DNA of 61,862 bases, counting the filler, from Choristocarpus tenellus KU-1152 (Eukaryota; Protista; Phaeophyceae), in NCBI GenBank assembly GCA_964200185.2. It is 11 parts of 11 records of this genome, joined end to end, with 100 filler letters (N's around TTAATTAATTAA, not from the genome) between each part and the next. Parts side by side here need not be neighbours in the genome. Positions count along the whole stretch, not along the records: positions 50,781 to 55,540 come from CAXNAD020013160.1; positions 55,641 to 59,197 come from CAXNAD020019288.1; positions 59,298 to 61,862 come from CAXNAD020026728.1; 8 more parts are not named here. One strand, written 5' to 3'. The position numbers were made by a program, and so were the translations under genes. Below, one piece after another: positions 54,780 through 61,862 of this stretch (positions are counted from its first letter, which is position 1; every line of letters begins with the position of its first letter). The notes under the pieces are model-generated. The model was not told the DNA's origin and made no database searches. It saw only the letters and a list, made by a program, of their open reading frames with translations.

Positions 54780-55540
54780 ACCTGACAGGATTAATCTCGA
54801 GGGTGGACCAAAGGAGTAAAGGGTGATTGTCCAAAATGGCGCAAAAATGCAAAAGGATAAGCGGAGCTCTCGGATCTGGGAGTTGTGTAGAACAATAGGT
54901 ACACTCGTAGTGCCTTGGGTCCATTCCTGGACCTTGTGCAAGACGAAGAAATAAACTTTGAATTTCGAGTAAGCTTTTGTTTGATAGGCACAAAAGTCAT
55001 CTGGTGGTGCTGGGGTATAGTGATTTTTTACTGTGTTCCTGTTGTTCGTAGATAGTGCTGCTGATACACTATAGACATCACCGGTGGAGTAGATTAGGAA
55101 AGATAAACACCACCAGTGGAGCAATAGGGTAATGGAGGAAAAGTAGTGACGGATATATGTTTCGGTGTATCTTAGTTGAAGTCTGCACATTATCACATAT
55201 GACGCAGTGATTATATTCCTTTCTGATTGCAGTATTCTTTTCTGATTACAATATTATTTTCTGATTTCCATGTGGACGTTGCAAACCCCTCATGGCAATC
55301 AACACTGGTCTTACCCACGTTCTCAGTCAGCGGAATCGAGACCACCAGCCCTTGTAATATTAACTTTGTTCATCTACATCAAGCTGTTCTGCGGATCCAG
55401 TGTGGGATAGTTCAACACCTGTGTCCTTCCTCTACGCAAAGGTTATACTTGCCAGAAGATATTAAATGTTAAAGTATCCCCAAAATCATCAAAGAGGATA
55501 AAGGTGATAAACCCGGCGAGATTGCTTGATGTCTGTAGAG
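54780..55540 (-). pseudogene. Putative L fragment starting at capping motif E
   Basis: CTCTACAGACATCAAGCAATCTC..GGTTTATCA.CTTTAT at the contig edge is near-identical to 60765-60810 in the opposite orientation. Confidence 0.45.
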
Positions 55541-56415
55541 NNNNNNNNNNNNNNNNNNNNNNNNNNNNNNNNNNNNNNNNNNNNTTAATTAATTAANNNN
55601 NNNNNNNNNNNNNNNNNNNNNNNNNNNNNNNNNNNNNNNNATCATTAAGTTGGAGGACATCTTCCAGGTACTGGGTGGCCAAAGGCGAAACTCTCTGACT
55701 TTGGTGAATGGCTCAAATTATCTGGGGGGGGGGGGGTGGTGGCTGTCCATTTGGGATCAATTTTTTCATGTCGTGGTTTTTGGGTGGTTTGGTTGCATAT
55801 GTCGGATGGATAATGTAAGTACACTTTTCCTGGTTAAGGGCCAAATGGACACCCTGGTGTAGACCCCCCCCGTCCCCCCCCACACACACAGATACTTTGG
55901 TTCAAATGCGGAACTATCCCAACTGTTTTGAGTATGGTGGAGGTCACTACGCAGTGTAGATGAGGGGGTGAAGGGTGAGGGACTGCAGTGCTACATATAT
56001 TTTGAATAGATGGGGTGACTTTCTGAGGGGCTGGGTATGTTTTGTGTGGTATGCCATACTTCTGTGTGGTTATTGCTGCCTGAGTCAAGTCAGGATTCGT
56101 TCTCGGTTGAAATTCTGGGAAGTGAGGTTCCTTGACTGTCCCTTGGCTTCCTTTGTGTCCTGATACTCCTCAGCTTTCTTTTCTGGACCCTCTTCCCAAC
56201 CTCCTCCCAGTGCTATTGGACAACTTGTTTGTTGGTCTTGTCACATTTTTGTAATCTGAAACCTCTATGATATTTATCAGAAGGAGATTTGGGAGGTAGG
56301 CTGGGGGGGTACCATTGTGTGCAGTGTGGGCTCCTAATTCCCCCTTCATAATCATATATGTGCCTCTCCCTCTCTACAAACTCCTTGCCCTTCCCTCCTA
56401 TCTAGTTTCGCCTAG

Positions 56416-59190
<2,775 letters not shown>

Positions 59191-59329
59191 GTAAGTGNNN
59201 NNNNNNNNNNNNNNNNNNNNNNNNNNNNNNNNNNNNNNNNNTTAATTAATTAANNNNNNNNNNNNNNNNNNNNNNNNNNNNNNNNNNNNNNNNNNNNCCG
59301 CCACCCCCTCCCAGATACTTTGACCCGCA

Positions 59330-61030
59330 GGCGGTTCCTGGGTCACAATAGTGTTTGAGGAGGGGCACAAACCTACAAACTATCCGACCTGAGAAAGGGT
59401 GCAAAGGCAAGGGCTGGCAGATCTCATGCTAGAAGGTTTCCATGTACCCAGTGGCATGTCAGTCGTCTGGGATGCTTTTAGAAGTGTGCGTATATAGGGA
59501 GTGTGCAAGTCGATAGCTCAGAAAGAAACTGACTCCAACGGACAGAAAAAATACCAATCTTGTTTTTTGAGATAATTTTATTGATCATATATTCCGAGGC
59601 AGAGATAGTAACAACAATACAACATCATACATAGTCCTACCAAGCTTTTGTAGAGATTAATTTTGTCAATACCTTACCAATCTTGCCTACAACACACACA
59701 TGCTAAATAGGGATATATACAGGATGCAATTCCACTCGTGTTCCGAGGAAATCCTCGCTTGACCTAGAGATGCTGCTCTAGCAACTTGAATTGTTTGAGG
59801 TGGCCTGTATATGTCTTAAGTGTTACAAACTTTAGAATGAGCCGTTGGTTGTGAAGAAAAAAATTGCAGCATGACCGAAGTCTTGTTGCACTTTCTAGAT
59901 TGTCAACGAGAAAATTATTTAAGAATTTGCGCAATTTGCGATCAAGAGGAGAATCGAGCTTAGACATTAGCGGAGTAGTTACGGTACGAAAATGAAACGT
60001 TACTACTATGTGGTACGAATATTGCACATACAAATTGTCGTGGGATATTGATTGTTCCGTCGTTGCAAAATACATTAATGATTTGTCACAGGCGATATGT
60101 CTTGATGGCGGTTTCATATATGACATTGAAGTTCGAGATTTGATATATTTGTACTTCTTGATTTATTTATTTATTATTTGGTCATTATGGTCCCTGATTG
60201 AGATCGACATTGTTGATCAGTCCCTTTTTATACCATTTTATTTACGATAATCGAAGTGAGAGATCCAGCATACTTGACGACTTGTGCATCAGGAGTCCTA
60301 TACCTACATCAGTATCATCTATAAGACCGTGTATTGGAGCTATACATCCTGTGGAGGCGAGCTTCTGAGGGGCGCCTGTAACAGATTCCTTGTGCCCACT
60401 CAGATTTTGCAGATGATGTTGTCATGGACGGAACAAGAAGAAATGCATTTTGTTGCTAAGAACATAACTAACACGACGACCATAGAGTTTGTATTGCTTA
60501 CAGGAAAGTCTCTCCTATACACTAACAAGGCGTGTGGTAAATTTCAACATATAGTGAACAAGGAACTGTTCGATTAGACTCTTCCAACTCTATCGACAGT
60601 TCTGGTAACCTGTATATGGAGTAAGAGAACAATCATTAGCGATTAAATTGTCAGAACCTTTTATTAGTGATTAGGTAGGTATTATATGAGAACATTTCTC
60701 ATATAAAAGGAAGTATTTCTGATTTTATGGGGTGCTGCATGCCCCACCTAGCTTTAATCAGTCACTCTACAGACATCAAGCAATCTCCCTTGGTTTATCA
60801 TCTTTATTCTTTTGGATTGTTTGGGCGATAATTTAATACATTATATTGGACCTTGCGTTTCTAACCCATCACTTCATCGGGTCTTCACATGGACATGAGA
60901 TCTTACCTGTTCCTACCGAGGGCCCATCTGTTCAAGAATTCCGGCAGCATATGGCGACAGTAGCGGATCTGTCAAGAAACGTTGACAATCTCATGTTGCA
61001 GTTTAATGAGTCGGCGACAGAAATCATCCC
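59330..61030 (+). pseudogene. Endogenous Mononegavirales-like L fragment, capping (PRNTase) domain
   Basis: DCSVVAKY..GGFIYDIEVRD (cf. CSV.LA..LR..W..GRPIYGLEVPD), LLRGACNRFLVPT, MLSWTEQ..LLTG, SSGNL..H*RL, ISHIKGSISDFM, FNQSLYRHQAISLGLSSL, all in the expected order. Confidence 0.7.
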
Positions 61031-61233
61031 ATCGTCCAGGCTACTGTGCCCAGCACACGGCCTCTCCAGCTGGGCACATACCAGTCGAAGTGGGTCCTAT
61101 GGAACCCATGTTAAGGGAAAATTTCCCAGAGAGGGGAAACAGTTTGGATGCTATGAGCGTCAGAACTGGGGCAAGCCGGAGGTCCGGCTCTTCGGAGAGT
61201 TTGGGGTCAGGCGTACATATTGTTTTCCCTAAG

Positions 61234-61862
61234 ACTAAGAGGTCAAGGACTCTGCCACCAAAATTATTGGACGAATCGAACTACCGGGACTGGTGGAGGC
61301 GTTTCATCATGCATTGCCGATATATCCACTGTCTGGGTGCTTTGACAAGTGAAAGGCCAGTTAACCAAGAACGCTCCTACGAGGAACTTCTCTCGGATGG
61401 TTTCAGTGCGAATGATATCTGGATGGTCGAAAGGGCTTACCAAGCACTTACTGTTGCTCTTGTTGCACTCACCACCAGGGAACTGTGCTATACGCACCAA
61501 AGCCTGAGCGGGCTTTTCCAAGCAATAGATGATTGGTTCATGACTAATACAGTAGGTAATAGCCAACATTTGTTCCGTGGGTTTTTCTCTTCGAAGGTGG
61601 AGAAGGGGGCCAATCCGATCCTGACCTTAACCCACTTGGAGGAGCTACGGGGGAAGATGCTATCAATGGACCTCGTCATCTTGGACAAGCTGCTGCTCCT
61701 ACAGTTTCTGAATGCTCTCAGATCAGATTACGATACCGAGATACGCATGATGACCTCGCCGAGGAAACTATGTCGAGCAGACGTAGAAAAACTGTCAGAG
61801 AGCGATATGCTTCCCTTCATGAGGGGAAGCAGTCAAGACACAAGTGTTCGATTAGACTCTTC
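61234..61862 (+). mobile_element. Copia gag ORF, open to the window end
   Basis: PPKLLDESNYRDWWRRF..GANP..LEELRGKM..QFLNALRSDYDTE. Confidence 0.75.

Noticed and set aside
59764-60126. Minus ORF with LDSPL as an L N-terminus
   Set aside because: The plus strand carries several ordered capping motifs, so this is probably an antisense coincidence.

Overview
Eukaryotic nuclear DNA with spliceosomal introns. The host is probably a stramenopile, possibly a brown alga or relative (inference from the Ectocarpus-like tyrosine-recombinase motif and gene style). The window is many short contigs joined by artificial N-TTAATTAATTAA-N linkers, so adjacency across gaps is unproven. Host genes reconstructed by eye: an 8-exon Tubby-like gene head-to-head with NDUFA13/GRIM-19, an ELMOD3-like 3' end, a long protein ending in an SVBP-like motif, an MFSD6-like transporter and a CAMK/CHK2-like kinase with a GC-AG intron. 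Much of the rest is mobile DNA: Copia and Gypsy relics, a DIRS/Ngaro recombinase relic, two MITE families sharing AAAGTATCT termini and 4-bp TSDs, and a TGTTACAGGCGAATAGCGCG-ended repeat. Two things stand out. (1) About ten decayed fragments resemble the L polymerase of negative-strand (Mononegavirales-like) RNA viruses. They include RdRp motifs F/A/B/GDN and the capping domain, occur as redundant divergent copies, and lie among retroelement fragments. (2) An intron-containing ParB/Srx-like (DGNHR) pseudogene is divergent from a Cys-motif gene, separated by ~255-bp repeats carrying a palindrome. All homology calls are manual motif recognition; no database search was run.
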